Origin: Eledone cirrhosa
Lineage: Eukaryota
Assembly (NCBI GenBank): GCA_964016885.1
Contig: OZ024743.1
Coordinates: 298,158,001 to 298,222,000, forward strand
Length of the DNA stretch: 64,000 nucleotides
Reading direction: 5' to 3'
The notes beneath the pieces are model-generated. The model saw only the letters and a list, made by a program, of their open reading frames with translations. It did not search any database and was not told the DNA's origin. Below are positions 25,001-38,883 of this stretch, one piece after another. A program made the position numbers and the translations under genes. Numbering within the stretch: position 1 is the first letter of the stretch; the number at the start of each line of letters is the position of its first letter.

Positions 25001-25317
25001 GTGTTGTTCTGCCGACACGGTGGGACTGGAAAGACAAAGGCACCCGTAACGACTTCTATTTGACCCTGTCCAAAGCATCAATTGTTTTGCTATTTTTAGA
25101 AATGATGAAAATAGCATTTTCTAGGGTTTTTATAAAAAATCTTCAGTAATCATCAACATCAACATCACTTTTATTATTATTATTATTGTTGTTGTTGTTG
25201 TTGTTGTTGTTAGTGGTGGTAGTCGACATGGTCGTAGGTGTAGTCATAGTAGAAGTAATACCCCTAAGCATTATTATTGTTCATTTAGCTTGGGTTGGAA
25301 TTTATCAATAAAATTCT

Positions 25318-25468
<151 letters not shown>

Positions 25469-25469
25469 T

Positions 25470-28400
25470 TATTCTGGTTTTATAATTTCACAAATTTTTA
25501 CCAATAGAGAGAGAGTCGGTTTCTAACATAGACACAAGACTCTCTCATTGGAATTTACACAACATCAACTAGGTAGATTATGTATGCATGCATGTGTAGA
25601 TCTGGATGTTATTGTATGTGTCGATGTGGATGTTTTGAGTTGTATGTGTGCATGCGTATATGATTTGTATCTGTACATGTGTATATGCAGTTATTAGATG
25701 CAACATTTTTGGAATGTTTTACATATTTTTACTGTTCCATTAATGGATTGTACTTGTAATTTCCTAACTAGTTGTGTTTTTTCTGTTCCCGTGAAGCCTA
25801 GCTTCTCAAGATTTGTATTGAGGCAGTTACTAACATATCCCAGTGCCCCAATAATCACAGGCATAAATTTGAAGGTGTAATCAGGGTGGAGTATCTGCAG
25901 ATTTCTCATCAGTTCTGCATAAATACTCTCCTTTTCGCTAATCTTTGATATTATATTGGCATCCGCTGGGCATGCTTTCTTTCCCCTGCCCCCACTACTG
26001 TGCATGCTTTCTTTTCCCTGTCCCATATCATAATTGTTTCTACTCTTTGGCACAAGGCCAGCAATTATCGCAGTACATTACTGGTACTTTATTTTATCGA
26101 TCCGTAAGGATGAATGGTCTGTTATGCCTGTATTTTATTGGGGTTTTACTGGAACATTCCACCAGTACTCTTTCACATCATGTATATGGCTTCCACATTG
26201 CTGTAGCTTTTAATGTGTTTATTATCGAGGCTATCTTCTCTACGGATTGCATTGTACAGTGTTTTGGCCACTACATCATGCCTCATAGGTAGATAGTACC
26301 GCGATGACATCTTTGGACAGCTGCTGATGACATGGGTGACATCTTCGATGTTAATTCTGCAGAGTCTGCAGAGTCTGCACTTGTTATCACATCTAGGTGT
26401 TTTGCCTGCATCCCTATCTCTTTTGTAAATAAGGTATTTTGTGTTAATTTCCTCTTCTTGGATTGCAAAAGCGTATCCTTCAAAGTGGGAGCCAATATAG
26501 CGGTTGTTGTTCCAAGATAGACTACTTTCCTTATCTATATTACTCTCACTCTGGAGCTTCATGTCAACATATCCATTCATGATTTTTTGCTGATAAGCAT
26601 GCAGTCTTTCATCCATGGATTCACTGCGATATGGCTGAGCGACTTCCCTGGGTGTGAGTTTTTGATAATCACACAGGGAATATCTCTCGAGGAGTTCCTT
26701 CCCAACTCTCATGACCTTATCTGTTTCATGCAAATAGACTCGCTCGAGAAACGGGCTCCTACGCTTCGAGGTTCGTAGATGTTGTCGGAGAGATATGATG
26801 CGACAGTCAAATGCTGTCTGGACTGATGTTAGGCCTCTGCCTCCCTGCTTACGTTTCAAGTAAAGGCGGTCTATGTCACTGTTGATGTGGAAGTTTCCGG
26901 TGTTGTTTTGTATTTTTCGAGTTTTAATATCAACTGCTCGGATTTCGTCTATCGTCCAAATGAGTATTCCAAACGTTGGTGTTAGGACAGGCACAGCAAA
27001 CACATTGTGAGCCATTGTTTTGTTTTGCGCAGAGAGTTCTGATGACCAAATCTTTCTTAATCGGGTGTAGTATTCCCTGATTACGCGTTCCTTATTACAG
27101 ATACCATTATAGGATATGTTCTCATCTATCCCCAGGTATCTGTAGCAGTCCTAATCAGATATCGGGGAAACAGTTAGGCCATTGATGACAATGTTGCTAG
27201 ATTGCGTTGTTGTTTTTCCCCGCTTTACAGTCATGTATGAGCATTTATCTTGGCCAAACTCCATTCCTATATCCTTTGAGAACGTTGTAACCAGGTCAAG
27301 ATTTTTCATCCCATCCATGTTCTAGACATAGAGTTTCAGATCACCCACAAATAAATTATGGGTTAGGTTCGTATTTCTGTCCTCCTGTGAGCCAATGATG
27401 TATCCTTCACATTTCTTGAGCAGAAAGGACAAGGGGTTTAATGACAGGATAAATAATATCACAGCGAGACTGTCTCCCTGAAATATACCCCTGCAATATT
27501 TTATTTTATCAGTGAAAACAGAGTCCTCCTTCTCTGTCTTTAACCTTAGGATAGTAGCCCAAGAAGAAGACAGCTTCTCTATGGCTCTGATAATAAACTC
27601 TGGCACTTTAGCAAGTTGGAGGGCCTCTATCATCCAAGAGTGGGGAACAGAATCGAAAGCTTTCCTGTAGTCCAGCCAGACTGTAGCCATATTCCTCTTA
27701 AGTTTGTCGCCCGTCCGACATTGCAGTTTTGTTGTTCAGCACATCCCCAAACCCCTTTCTTTCCAGCTGCTTGTTCATCTGTGATGATGTTATTATTTTC
27801 ACAGTGATCTTGGAGGAATAGGTTCAGGCAGGCTGCATACATCTTATACATCAGGTTCTTGCAGCAATGGGTCGGTAGTTTTTTGCCAAGTGTGTGTCTT
27901 TGTTCTTGGGGACCAGTAATGTTTGTGCTAATGTCAACCATTCTGGTATAAGTGTATCTCCCTTAAGAACTTGTTGGTAGAGGTCAGTAAGATACCTCCG
28001 ATAGAATATCAATTTTTTGTACCAGTAGCCGACAATCATGTCTCTTCTTGGAGTTTTCCTATCACAGTCTCAAGGGTACCCTCACTTATTTCGTATGTTT
28101 TTGTTGTAGTGTTCTTTTGGATTTCTTTTAGCTACACTGCATCTTGGTTGAAATTCTTCTTTTCACCCCATATTTTTCTCCAAAAGGAATCTATGTTTTT
28201 CTGGGATGGGGCCTCAGTGACACTTATTATTTTGCCCTTCATATCTCTATAGACTGATGTTTGGTTTCGTCTGAATCTTTTATTAAGCACTTTTCTTTCA
28301 TCTACCTTCTTTAGGTATCGGCGTTTTTCGCTAACAGCTCTCAATTCTTGTTTGATGGTGATCAGCTAATATTGAAGAGTTCTGGTTCTACTGTTACCAA

Positions 28401-29630
28401 ACATCGTCTCTATTTTATTTTTTACTCTTTGTTGGTGAGGAGTGAGGTTTTTTGTGTTTGTTTGCATGTAAGGAGCATTGTCACATATCCTATGGTTTTT
28501 CGTAGGTCAGCAATCTTTTTTTCTATTTTAGTTATATATGATAGTATTTTTGGTGGTGTTTTGTTCTTGTTAATATCTCTGCTATCACCAAGATAATGCT
28601 TCACTGTTGTTGCTAAGGCATATAAACAGACGTTGATTTGCCAAATCCGTCGTAAATATTCATCCCCTATTTCGTCAAGAACACGTAATATTTCATTATT
28701 AGGTTTTTCATTAAACATTGTCGTTTTAACACGTTCAGCAAGAGAGATATTTATACATGAATTAATTTCTCTCTGGAAGATTTCGCTGAGGGAAATTTTC
28801 AATTGTTTATACTTTTGATTATTATCATTATCGATAGTATCTTCCACAATAGTCGAGGTAGCCTCGGATGGTACACGTGGTGTCAAATTTCTTCGATTAT
28901 TATTATTATTTCTTCTATTATTTCTTATTATCGATAGTGTTTTCCCCAGCATTCGAGGAAGACTTAGATGGTACACGTGGTGTCAAGTTTCTTACAGGCA
29001 TAGTTGTTTCAAAGCACTGTTCGACCTGGCTGCTAGGAAGTCTAGTAGCATGGCGACCTGTAGCACGTGTTGTTGATCCCATGTTTGTTGTGGGGGACTT
29101 ATAATTAATAATATTTATTTTATTTTTACGTTCAACAAACGTCGCTTGTTGGCGTAATTATTTCGCTGTGAAGTGATTTAGCTCTGGGTGTATTTCGCCC
29201 CAGTGTAGCTTCATTCTGTTCATATAGCCAATGGAGGGATTGTTTTTTGCCATTTTATAACAATTAAATAAATCATCATTAAGTTTGCAATTACAAGTGA
29301 AATGCGATTTATAATTTCGGTTTCTTCTGTAGCTACAACTGAATAAATTTTGTTTACCTTTCTCGTTGTTTTTCTTCGGTACCTCCTTAATATTGTTGTT
29401 GATGTTGTGTTCAGCCATGCTGTTTGTAGCAAATCCTTGTAAAATGAATTATGTATTTAGTCGGATATCTCTACGAATTCGAATAAAAGGTGTCTTGAGT
29501 AGATATAGTTAGAAGAATACCCCGTTATTCAACATGACTGGTAGTTGAGGCATTACTGTCGGAGATAGTATTCATCTTACATTTAATGAATAGTCTCCCA
29601 CACCAAAATATGCGACTGATCGCATTGACT
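25470..29630 (-). mobile_element. Near full-length decayed R4/Dong-like non-LTR element (RT, CCHC finger, restriction-like endonuclease)
   Basis: NYRPI, WLDYRKAFDSVPHSW, GIFQGDSL, HNLFVGDLKLY, GGRGL, CRLC...HVISSC...RHD, HNRP[D], PVIIGALG. No APE domain. Flanked by (GTAT)n on both sides. Confidence 0.9.
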
Positions 29631-29717
29631 GACTATGTATGTATGTATGTATGTATGTATGTATGTATGTATGTATGTATGTATGTATGTATGTATGTGT
29701 GTGTGTATGTATGTATG

Positions 29718-30235
29718 TCGGGTCACTCTTGAGTGCTACTGGTAACATGTAATCCAGTACAACCTGTCGCATGGTCGGGTCGTCGGCGACTAAACCGGCA
29801 ACGCCACCAAGTTTACTTGGTGAGGAGGGTGATTTTGGACACCCTGCAGGACAAAAATCAAAACCCGACAAAGGGCGGAAGAACTCATAAGAGCCAACGG
29901 CCATCCAAAAGTGTGTAAATATGTATATACACATGTACATATGTATATATATATGCGTGGGGACATAGAAATAGTTGGGCTGGACACCCGATCGCGCGGT
30001 TAAACCACTGGGAGTGAAGGACTCCTAGCCTTTATCAGGGCATTCTTCTAGGAGAAGGCAACTCAGGAAACTGGGATAACTCCGATATAAAACCTGCGGC
30101 TCAGTAGTTACCAATGATGTTGATCTTTTCTTCTTTTCGGGTTATAGCTACTGTCGCTCAGAGTTTGGGATTGGCTCGGTGCACAGTTTTTCCGCACTTT
30201 AAAAAATATCATCACGCACAGGCATTGCACGTTAG
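29718..30235 (+). mobile_element. RTE-like 5' UTR or non-autonomous derivative
   Basis: cttggtgaggaggg..ttggaca.cctgcaggac...ctaggagaagg.aactc is shared with the inverted copy at 37595-37760 and resembles RTE 5' UTRs. Confidence 0.55.
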
Positions 30236-30242
30236 AATTAAT

Positions 30243-30421
30243 TAATTGTTTCTACTTTAGGCACAAGGCCAGCAATTACCCAGTGCATTACTGGTACTTT
30301 ATTTTATCGACCCCGTAAGGATGAAAGGCAAAGTCAACCTCGGCGGGATTTGAACTCAGATCGTAAAGGGACGTAACTATGCTGGAAAGCATGGCGTCCG
30401 ACCCTCTACTGATACGGCCAA
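30243..30421 (-). mobile_element. tRNA-SINE family A
   Basis: Full-length copy, near-identical to 14692, 35273 and 51328. Confidence 0.9.
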
Positions 30422-30664
30422 TTGGTATATCGTGCAATGGCCATACTCGGTAATGAGGGGGAAGCCATCATCTATGTATAGATGGATGTGTGTGTGCGTG
30501 TATGTGTGTATGTGTATGTGTGTGTGGATAGATAGGGTTTTGTTGATGTATATAAAAAATGAATGCTTAAACAAGATAATTGTTTACCAGAGAATTTGAC
30601 TTGACGTTATACTTTGATTCGTATATCTCCTCTCACTGAAGTCTATATTTTTCCTAGTGCTACA

Positions 30665-30752
<88 letters not shown>

Positions 30753-31715
30753 TGTGTATATATATATATAGATAGAGAAAGAGAGAGAACCTGATATTAA
30801 CCTGTTTGTGGTTATTCGCTACGATCAGCACCACGCGTGTATCAGTGATTGGCTATAATTGTGTCCTTGTCTCCCATAGTGTAGAAGGCATGTAGAGCCT
30901 GTGGTGGTTATTAACATTGATAAGACTGAAGTTCTCTATCAACTAATCTTTGGCACGAGTTAAAAGTCGCTTAACCTGATCCTCCCACCACCAAAGAGAA
31001 ACAGTTGGTAGAGACAAGTCCCTTTATCCACTTGGAAAATGCAATCGCTAGTGATGGCAAGCTCAGTGATGAAGTAGATTGCAAGGGGAGTTGTATAGAA
31101 GAGTCTTCTACGTTGATATACAAGGAAACATTCAAACAGTAACTTGGTAATTCAATGTAATATCCTCAAAGATATTTTTTGTACACATACACACACACTG
31201 ACTCAAACACACACACACACACACGCGCGCGCGCATTCAGATGCACACACGTACGCATTGATTTCTAACTTTTGATATAACATTACCAATTCAGCAGGAA
31301 GGGAGGTAATCGATTGAATCAACTCAGTATACGCCTGATGCTTATTCTACTGACCCCGTAGTGATGAAAGAGTTAACCCAAGCGAGACTTGAACCTAGAA
31401 TGTAAAGTAACACAACTAAATAGCGCAAGAGCAACACATATACCAACGTATACATACACGTATTTTAGTATGTTTATTGATGTACTGGTGTATGTATTGA
31501 TATGTGTGTAATGGTGTGTATAGGTGAATCAATAGTGTGTTAAGCACGATTGATTCATTGGTTTTTGTGTAGTTCTGTATGGTTACTGTGGATCGGAGAT
31601 CAGTTCGATTGACACACTTGATTAAACACAGTGAGATATATTTCGTAGTTATGTTAGAGAGAGTGAGGGAGGAAGGGTGAGAGAGAGTGTGTAAGAGAGA
31701 GAGAGGGAGAGATAG

Positions 31716-31747
<32 letters not shown>

Positions 31748-31859
31748 AGTGAGTTGAATGAAAGAAGAAAATCAGGTGGCGGGTGTTCCGGAAGAAAAAT
31801 ATGGGAAATAGGAATATTTATACACAAACACACACACATATATATATGTGTGTAATATA

Positions 31860-31926
31860 CGTATGTAATATATATATGCATATATATATATGCTTATATA
31901 TATATATAAGCATATATATATAGGTG

Positions 31927-31961
<35 letters not shown>

Positions 31962-32138
31962 CTATATATATACATATATATATGCTTATATACATATGTA
32001 TGTATATATATATATGCATATATATTCATATATATATGCATATATATATATACATATGTATGTATATATATATAGGCATATATATACACATATGTATATA
32101 TATATAGGCATATATATACATATATATATAAATATATA

Positions 32139-32183
<45 letters not shown>

Positions 32184-32412
32184 GTATAAATGTATATATA
32201 TATATATATACATATATATACCATATATATGCATATATATATACATATATATATACCATATATATGCATATATATATACATATATATATACATATATATA
32301 CATATATATATATACATATGTATAAATGTATATATATATATACATATATATACCATATATATGCATATATATATACATATATATATACATATATATATAT
32401 ATATACATATAA
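31860..32412. repeat. Long degenerate (TA)n/(TACA/TATG) tract
   Basis: Direct; source of the YI-repeat ORFs. Confidence 0.95.
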
Positions 32413-33060
32413 TATAAGATCAAAAGATGGTTAAAGGAGTTCCATGTATTTTATTATGCGCATTTCAAAAACAAACATCATCATGCAATAATATTTGTGT
32501 TTTCATCAGATAAAACAGGAGAACATGATATGAAGGCTAAAAAACACTTGTGGATAGTGCAGTTTTAAATCAACATATGAAAAGTGGTTTTAGATTGATG
32601 TGTGATATTGGGAAAAATATTTTATTTAGAGAGGGGGGTTGGAAAGGATGAAAAAGGGGAGGAGATGAGAGGGAGAGATGGGTGATAGAGAGAAAGAGAT
32701 AGTTTTTATAACTGAGAGGAGATATATTGTTTTACATAGAGAGGTTGAAAACCGTTGGAAGATAATGTATAAATTAAAAGAATTTGAAAATTAACGAAGG
32801 GAGGATATGTGCGAGGAAAAAATATTTTATTTAGGGAGGGTGGTGGTGGAAAGGATGAAAAAAGGGGGAGGAGATGAGAGTGAAGGTGGAGAGGGAGAGA
32901 TGGGTGATAGAGAGAAAGAGATAGTTTTTATAACTGAGAAAAAGATATATTGTTTTACATAGAGAGGTTGAGAACCGTTGGAAGATAATGTATAAATTAA
33001 AGGAATTTGAAAATTAACGAAGGGAATTTATGTATGAAGATACATTTGTATTTGGGACCA
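32413..33060 (-). mobile_element. Penelope-type 3' region with hammerhead (32449-32515) and an internal tandem duplication
   Basis: Same arm as the 9463 palindrome, core CUGAUGA intact. 32668-32800 is repeated at 32890-33022. Confidence 0.7.
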
Positions 33061-33063
33061 AAG

Positions 33064-33134
<71 letters not shown>

Positions 33135-33864
33135 AATATATAACGAAGGAAATGTGGTAAGAAACCAGATGGACCATAATGCACCAAAGTACTCAATACT
33201 TAGGGTAGTAGAGTGGGTAATAGGAACAAGTATGACTAAAATTTCTTAGTAATATAATTGTTCTGCATCCCCTTGCATTGAACCACAAAGTTACTAAGAC
33301 AAAACTTATATATTTGCTAGCATAGGTATGCATCTGTATATATATGTTGGTAGATATACTAATTCTTTATAATTATTTCCAAATTATTTGTTGAGCAAAA
33401 ATTTGCCGAAATTACTGCTATGGTTCATGGTAGTAGTCAGGCTCCTGTCTTATTAGCACCCCACTACTCACTGATTAACCTCAGTGTCACGTGATTGATT
33501 CTTTTGAATTTGCCACCGACCAAGTAGGCAGAGATTTTTTCAATGTCCTGGAATTTAGTCCCCGCTCGCTTTTTTCCATCCACTGAATTATTTTTGTATA
33601 AGTTCCCTGTGTCCACGCATTGCCTGGGAACTTAGCTGAGAATAGATTCCCTGATGACGTAAGGATTCTCTATGGCTCCGTTCGGTCTAATTAGTTGGAG
33701 TGAAATTTTAGTAAGTAAGTTGATTTTCATAATTTTCTTATTTTACGTCTTTCATATATATATATATATATAGTTGTGTATAGTGGTAGCTATGGTGTTT
33801 CCATAGGCGGTATGCCAAAATTAGCATCGATATTCATCAGAGTAGAGTGTAGATATTATAAAGA

Positions 33865-35100
33865 AAACGAAAAATCAGTGATGCATCTTGACTTAGTTTA
33901 TTTCGTGTTACAAATGTTTCGCCGGCATGTAACTCGAGATATGGTCCTTCTATGGATCTGGCTGATTCTACTTCTGCAGGTTCTTTCAGACACGGGTGTT
34001 TCGTCCGGTGCAAATTTTATCACTGGGGTATCATAAAAAAACCACCCTCAAAAACCCTATTTCCACTCTTGTCATGCCATTGGCTGTTTTTACTCCACGT
34101 CATCACAACTTATGGTCAGTATCTGCTGCCACAAGGTTCATCAACCATTTTCCGTCCGACACATTTTAATGGAGTCATGCTGGGTTCAGTACTTCACACG
34201 TCTGCTCACACTTCAGAGTAAGCACCCACACATACTAAAATACACACACACACACACATGCAGACACATACGTATCTATGTATACACACACGTACGCCTA
34301 CATGCGCAGACACACACCGCGCCACATACATACATCGAAGTATATATACTCCCTCTCTCCTTCACTTCCACAGACCCATTCACACCCACTTGTTGATACA
34401 TATCGCCACAAGCCTTCTGACGGCTGCTTACTTCCCGCCCTAAATCATTTGGGATAAGCATATCCTACTCCAACATATACATATATACATACATACGCGC
34501 GCACATATACATACGCCCAACCTTCTATACATTTATACACATATATATCTATATACACACACTCATACACGCACATATATACACATACACATATATATAC
34601 ACATACATACATATATACACACATGTGTATACACATATATATATACACACATATACATACATACACACACACATATATGTAAATGTATACTCACACATGT
34701 CAACACATACATACAAATACACATACATACATAAACATTACCTACACACGTACATACACACACACACACACATATATATATATATTCATATGTATATATA
34801 CATATATACACACAAAAGAAAAGAGACAATTTAACATGCATACGCACGTCCACATATATACACATACAAATACCCACGCATATGCCGATATACATAGCTC
34901 TACACATGCATACGCATACGTGTTGCCACATGCATACACCTGCACGCATGCATATCTGCCTACACACACATGTGCTTCAACATATACCTATATAAACATA
35001 ACTGTAAGTGAACAGTTAAAGATACATTATGCAATAAAACAATATACCATAAAGTAACAGTAAATTACCGTAACATAAAAATATACAATGTAATATAATA
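33865..35100 (-). mobile_element. Penelope-type 3' terminus (family of 23053) with degenerate hammerhead at 33904-33994
   Basis: aaacgaaaaatcagtgatgcatct start shared with 23054; CGUGU-CUGAAAGA...GAAAC(AUUU)GUA-ACACG. Confidence 0.65.
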
Positions 35101-35272
35101 TACAATATGATATATATATATATTTCCCCCTAATATATACATATACATATATATATACACACCCACATACACACACACACACACACGTACACAGACTCAT
35201 ACATACATATACGGATATATACGGATATATATAAAGGATATGTGATAAAATAATACAACAAGAATAATAGTA

Positions 35273-35452
35273 ATAATTGTTTCTACTTTAGGCACAAGGC
35301 CAGCAATTATCCCAGTGCATTACTGGTACTTTATTTTATCGACCCCGTAAGGATGAAAGGCAAAGTTAATCTCGGCGGGATTTGAACTCAGACTGTAAAG
35401 GGACGTAACTATGCTAGAAAACATGGCGTCCAACCCTCTACCGATACTACCA
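35273..35452 (-). mobile_element. tRNA-SINE family A
   Basis: Full copy. Confidence 0.9.
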
Positions 35453-35593
35453 ATTACTACGAATGACACATCACATATTTGACTGTTCTCCTTTACACTT
35501 CGTTGAGGGAAGTCTATCTCTATTGCCTTCCTTCTCCTGTCAACATTTGCACAACTTGATTCTACGATTGTCATAAGACTTACTATCATGTGG

Positions 35594-35778
35594 ATTGGCA
35601 GTATCGGTGGAGGGTCGGACGCCATGCTTTGCAGCATAGAATTACGCCCCTTTAAGTCTGAGTTCAAATCCCGCCGAGATTAACTTTGCCTTTCATCCTT
35701 ACGGGATCGATAAAATAAAGTACCAGCAATGCACTGGGATAATTGGTGGTCTTGTGCCAAAAGTAGAAACAATTATTA
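35594..35778 (+). mobile_element. tRNA-SINE family A (head-to-head with 35273-35452)
   Basis: tggcagtatcggtggagggtcggacgcc...gagttcaaatcc... Confidence 0.9.
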
Positions 35779-35899
35779 AATATAACAGAAGCAAACAATA
35801 AAAATAACAATAACGTCGACAAGAACGGCAACGCAAATGGCAACAGCAATAAGCTGCAAATAATAATGAAACGGTCACGGTGACCCACGAGGAAATGGA

Positions 35900-37460
35900 T
35901 GAACCCAGACAAATGCTAAACAAATGGACACAGAGTCAGCCTCACTCCTCCTTCAAACGTCGTGGAACACCGACGGCTATGTACGGTACCATACCGTACA
36001 ATTAGAGTAAAGACACGCCGAGTGAACAGGGCCTCGGAGTCCCAGGTACAAAAGACTTTGAGAGCTATGTGGGTTCAAAAACCCACATCGCACGGGGGAG
36101 AAGATATAGAACCGTAGACGTGTTCTTTGCCACCCCACAGGAAACCAGAGAACACTCCATAACACCACTAAAGAGCGATGAGCTCACTCTGGTCCCAAGC
36201 TACTGCATCCAAAGACTCGTATGAGTGCGAGTCACCCAAGTTTCACCCGCAATAGCCAATCGCTGGTTGATGGCTGCTGTGCTTGCCGACATCGAGGACG
36301 ACACCAGAATCCTGGAAATCCAGAATCCACCACGCCACAAGCAACACCAACGCTTGTGGAGGGCACGCCACTCCCCAACCCGGAACTGAAGACGGATTGT
36401 GACGAGGAAGAGAGGTGGACAACCGTCAAAAACAGAAAAAAGGAAGAACTCTCTTCTTTCGCCCTAAAAAAAGAAAGCGAAACAAACAAACAAAAAAGTT
36501 AAGACATCAAAGCTTCACCATCACCAGCCCCACCACCATAAACACCAACGCCATCACCATAATCAACCCTAACACCACCTCCACCACAAACAACAACAAC
36601 TAGGCAAACAAACGCACATGTGCAAGCAAAACACACGCAAACACAAGAAAACGATAAAACTGCAACGCACTACACGGCTTTAAAGACAAAGACAAGAGTT
36701 ATTGCACTACATCCAGCACAACACCAGCATCACAGAGAAAATCTACTCAATACCCCAAAATTTCACACCACCCACACACATACAAATAACACGCATCTCC
36801 CAAAAGACATATACTGTTTTGAAAGGAAAATTTCCCAATGACATTGGAGATTTCTGTGAAACACTCCCCAGAAGGATATATAAAGACATCCTTGCGGAGA
36901 GGGCCACAACCAGTCAGAAGATCGGAGGAACCGTCCTTCTCTCACAGGGCTGAGGTAAATAGTCTTTCCCACGTTTTCCTACTCTTCTTTCAACACGAAT
37001 AGGCAGCGTAAATGCACGTGGCCTGGGATCGTCATGGAAGCAGGGTCACCTGCTCAACTACCTCAAGTCAATGAACATAGATTTGGTAGTCATCAGCGAG
37101 ACCAAAACTTCCAAGGCACAAGCCTTCGCATCCATTTTTTTGCCGGTTACAAGGTGTACGCATCTCCAAGCCGTCCAGGATTTGGAAGGGATTCGTTGTT
37201 ATTTCGGAAAGGCCTGGATCTTGTCATACGGACCATCTTTCTGGACCCAGAAGGTAAGTCGGTGGTGCTGGACATGACCAGCAGCGAGGGCTATATTTTC
37301 AGGCTAGAGGCTGTTTATGCCCCGACAGGGGCAGAACGGCCTGATTTCTTCAGGCGACTGGAGATCTTCCTAGGAAAGACCCGCTCTGTTATGTTAGTCG
37401 GCGATTGGAACGGGATATTGGATGCATGCTGGAACTGTGTGGGACTAGCGGATAGTTTTA
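35900..37460 (+). mobile_element. Decayed L1/Tx1-like non-LTR element: ORF1 remnant plus APE endonuclease
   Basis: 35960-36330 is homologous to the ORF1 at 45820-46160. RIGSVNARGL, VVISETK, AVYAP and LVGDWN are APE motifs. Confidence 0.8.
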
Positions 37461-37594
37461 CTGTCTTTGTTGAAAGACACTGTTGAACCCTGTCTCCATG
37501 TTGTTTTGTCTCATATGCATCTTTCCGGCGGCTTGTTTGTATATACACACACACACATATATTTGTATATATGTATGTATGTATGTATGTTATA

Positions 37595-37900
37595 TCAGAG
37601 TTTTCCTTCTCCTAGAATTCTGCCTTGACAAAGGCTAAGGGGTCATCTCTCCCGATGATTTAGGATGGCCATTGACTCTTCAGAGCTCCTTTGCCCTTTG
37701 ACAGGTTTTGTTTTTAGTCCTGCAGGATGTCCAAAGTGACCCTCCTCACCAAGAAACCTTGCTTTATATCTGGAGATCTCTCTTCATTTGTCGTCACATG
37801 GTACCATGGGCCCAGCACTATGTGTCAATAATTGTCACAAGTGTAGTGTTTGTACCAGAGTTTTCAAGTCGCTGGCTGGACTAAAAAGTCACACTCGTTC
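37595..37900 (-). mobile_element. RTE-like 5' UTR derivative
   Basis: Homologous to 29815-30065. Confidence 0.5.
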
Positions 37901-38005
37901 AGCGCATCGGTAGGGGTTCTCCTACATGGATATAAAGTAGTGGCCGTACTCGAAAACGAGTTGGCAGCCACCATGTATGTATATGTGCTCTTTCTCCACA
38001 TTTTA

Positions 38006-38056
<51 letters not shown>

Positions 38057-38132
38057 AGTTGGAAAGAACAAACAAAACGCAGGAATCAATTGTATACAGT
38101 TGTATTAGGTTCACGGTTGGTGGGAGTCGAGG

Positions 38133-38168
38133 TTTCGACGTTTCGGACTTAAGTCCTTCATCAGGAAA
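38133..38168 (-). ncRNA. Canonical minimal type-I hammerhead ribozyme
   Basis: UUUC-CUGAUGA-A-GGAC(UUAA)GUCC-GAAAC-GUC-GAAA. All core nucleotides present, GUC triplet. Lies in a non-coding unit (38055-38745) between (TA)n tracts. Confidence 0.85.
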
Positions 38169-38765
38169 GTTGAGAGGAACTCCGAGAGGGAGTAAGGAGG
38201 ATTGTAAGGAGGATTGTAAGGAGGGAAGTTTGCAAGTAAATATCACAAAAAGAAGGGAAAAATAAAAATAAATGTAAACAAAAAAAAGAAGTGAAAATAA
38301 AGGAAGGGTGTATAGGTCCGAGATGGCAAGGGTCTGGTAGTGTGTATAGGGGTGGGTTGAGTTGGAGAGGGGAGAGAGAAAGAGTGGGGGAGAAGCAAGA
38401 AAATCAGAGTCCGGGTGGGGATGGCGGAAGGTAGGTGTGTATATATGTGTAGATGTAAGTATGTGTGTGTATGTATGGATGTAAGTATGTGTGTGTGTGG
38501 ATGTAAGTATGAGAGTCTGAAAGGAAGCGAGTGTATGTGAATGTAGGTTCTGAAAAGACATTGTGTATCTATTGAAGTGGTGTATATGTCTGTGCGCGTA
38601 TATGTTCCTGTATGGGTATGTGTATGTGTGCATGTGGATGGAGGGGGTCGGATGTGATGAGAATGTGTCGAGTCCGGAGGAGGTGTGGGGTGAAGTGTGG
38701 GTGTATGTGTGGTTGAAAAGAAGTGAATGTGTGTGAGAGCGTATATATATATAAATATGTATATA

Positions 38766-38883
<118 letters not shown>

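Noticed and set aside
24446-25117. Selenoprotein-type Naiad
   Set aside because: All conserved Cys are normal codons in an open frame; the same is seen for the readable Cys motifs at 15.3 kb.
31772-32434. Long YI/HT/CV-repeat ORFs (also 23395-23911, 34445-35057, 37899-38966)
   Set aside because: Translations of TA/CA microsatellites, which lack stop codons by composition.
33640-33720. CTGATGA...GAAA at 33650 (also 13200)
   Set aside because: No convincing stem I/II pairing around the core; chance match or too decayed.
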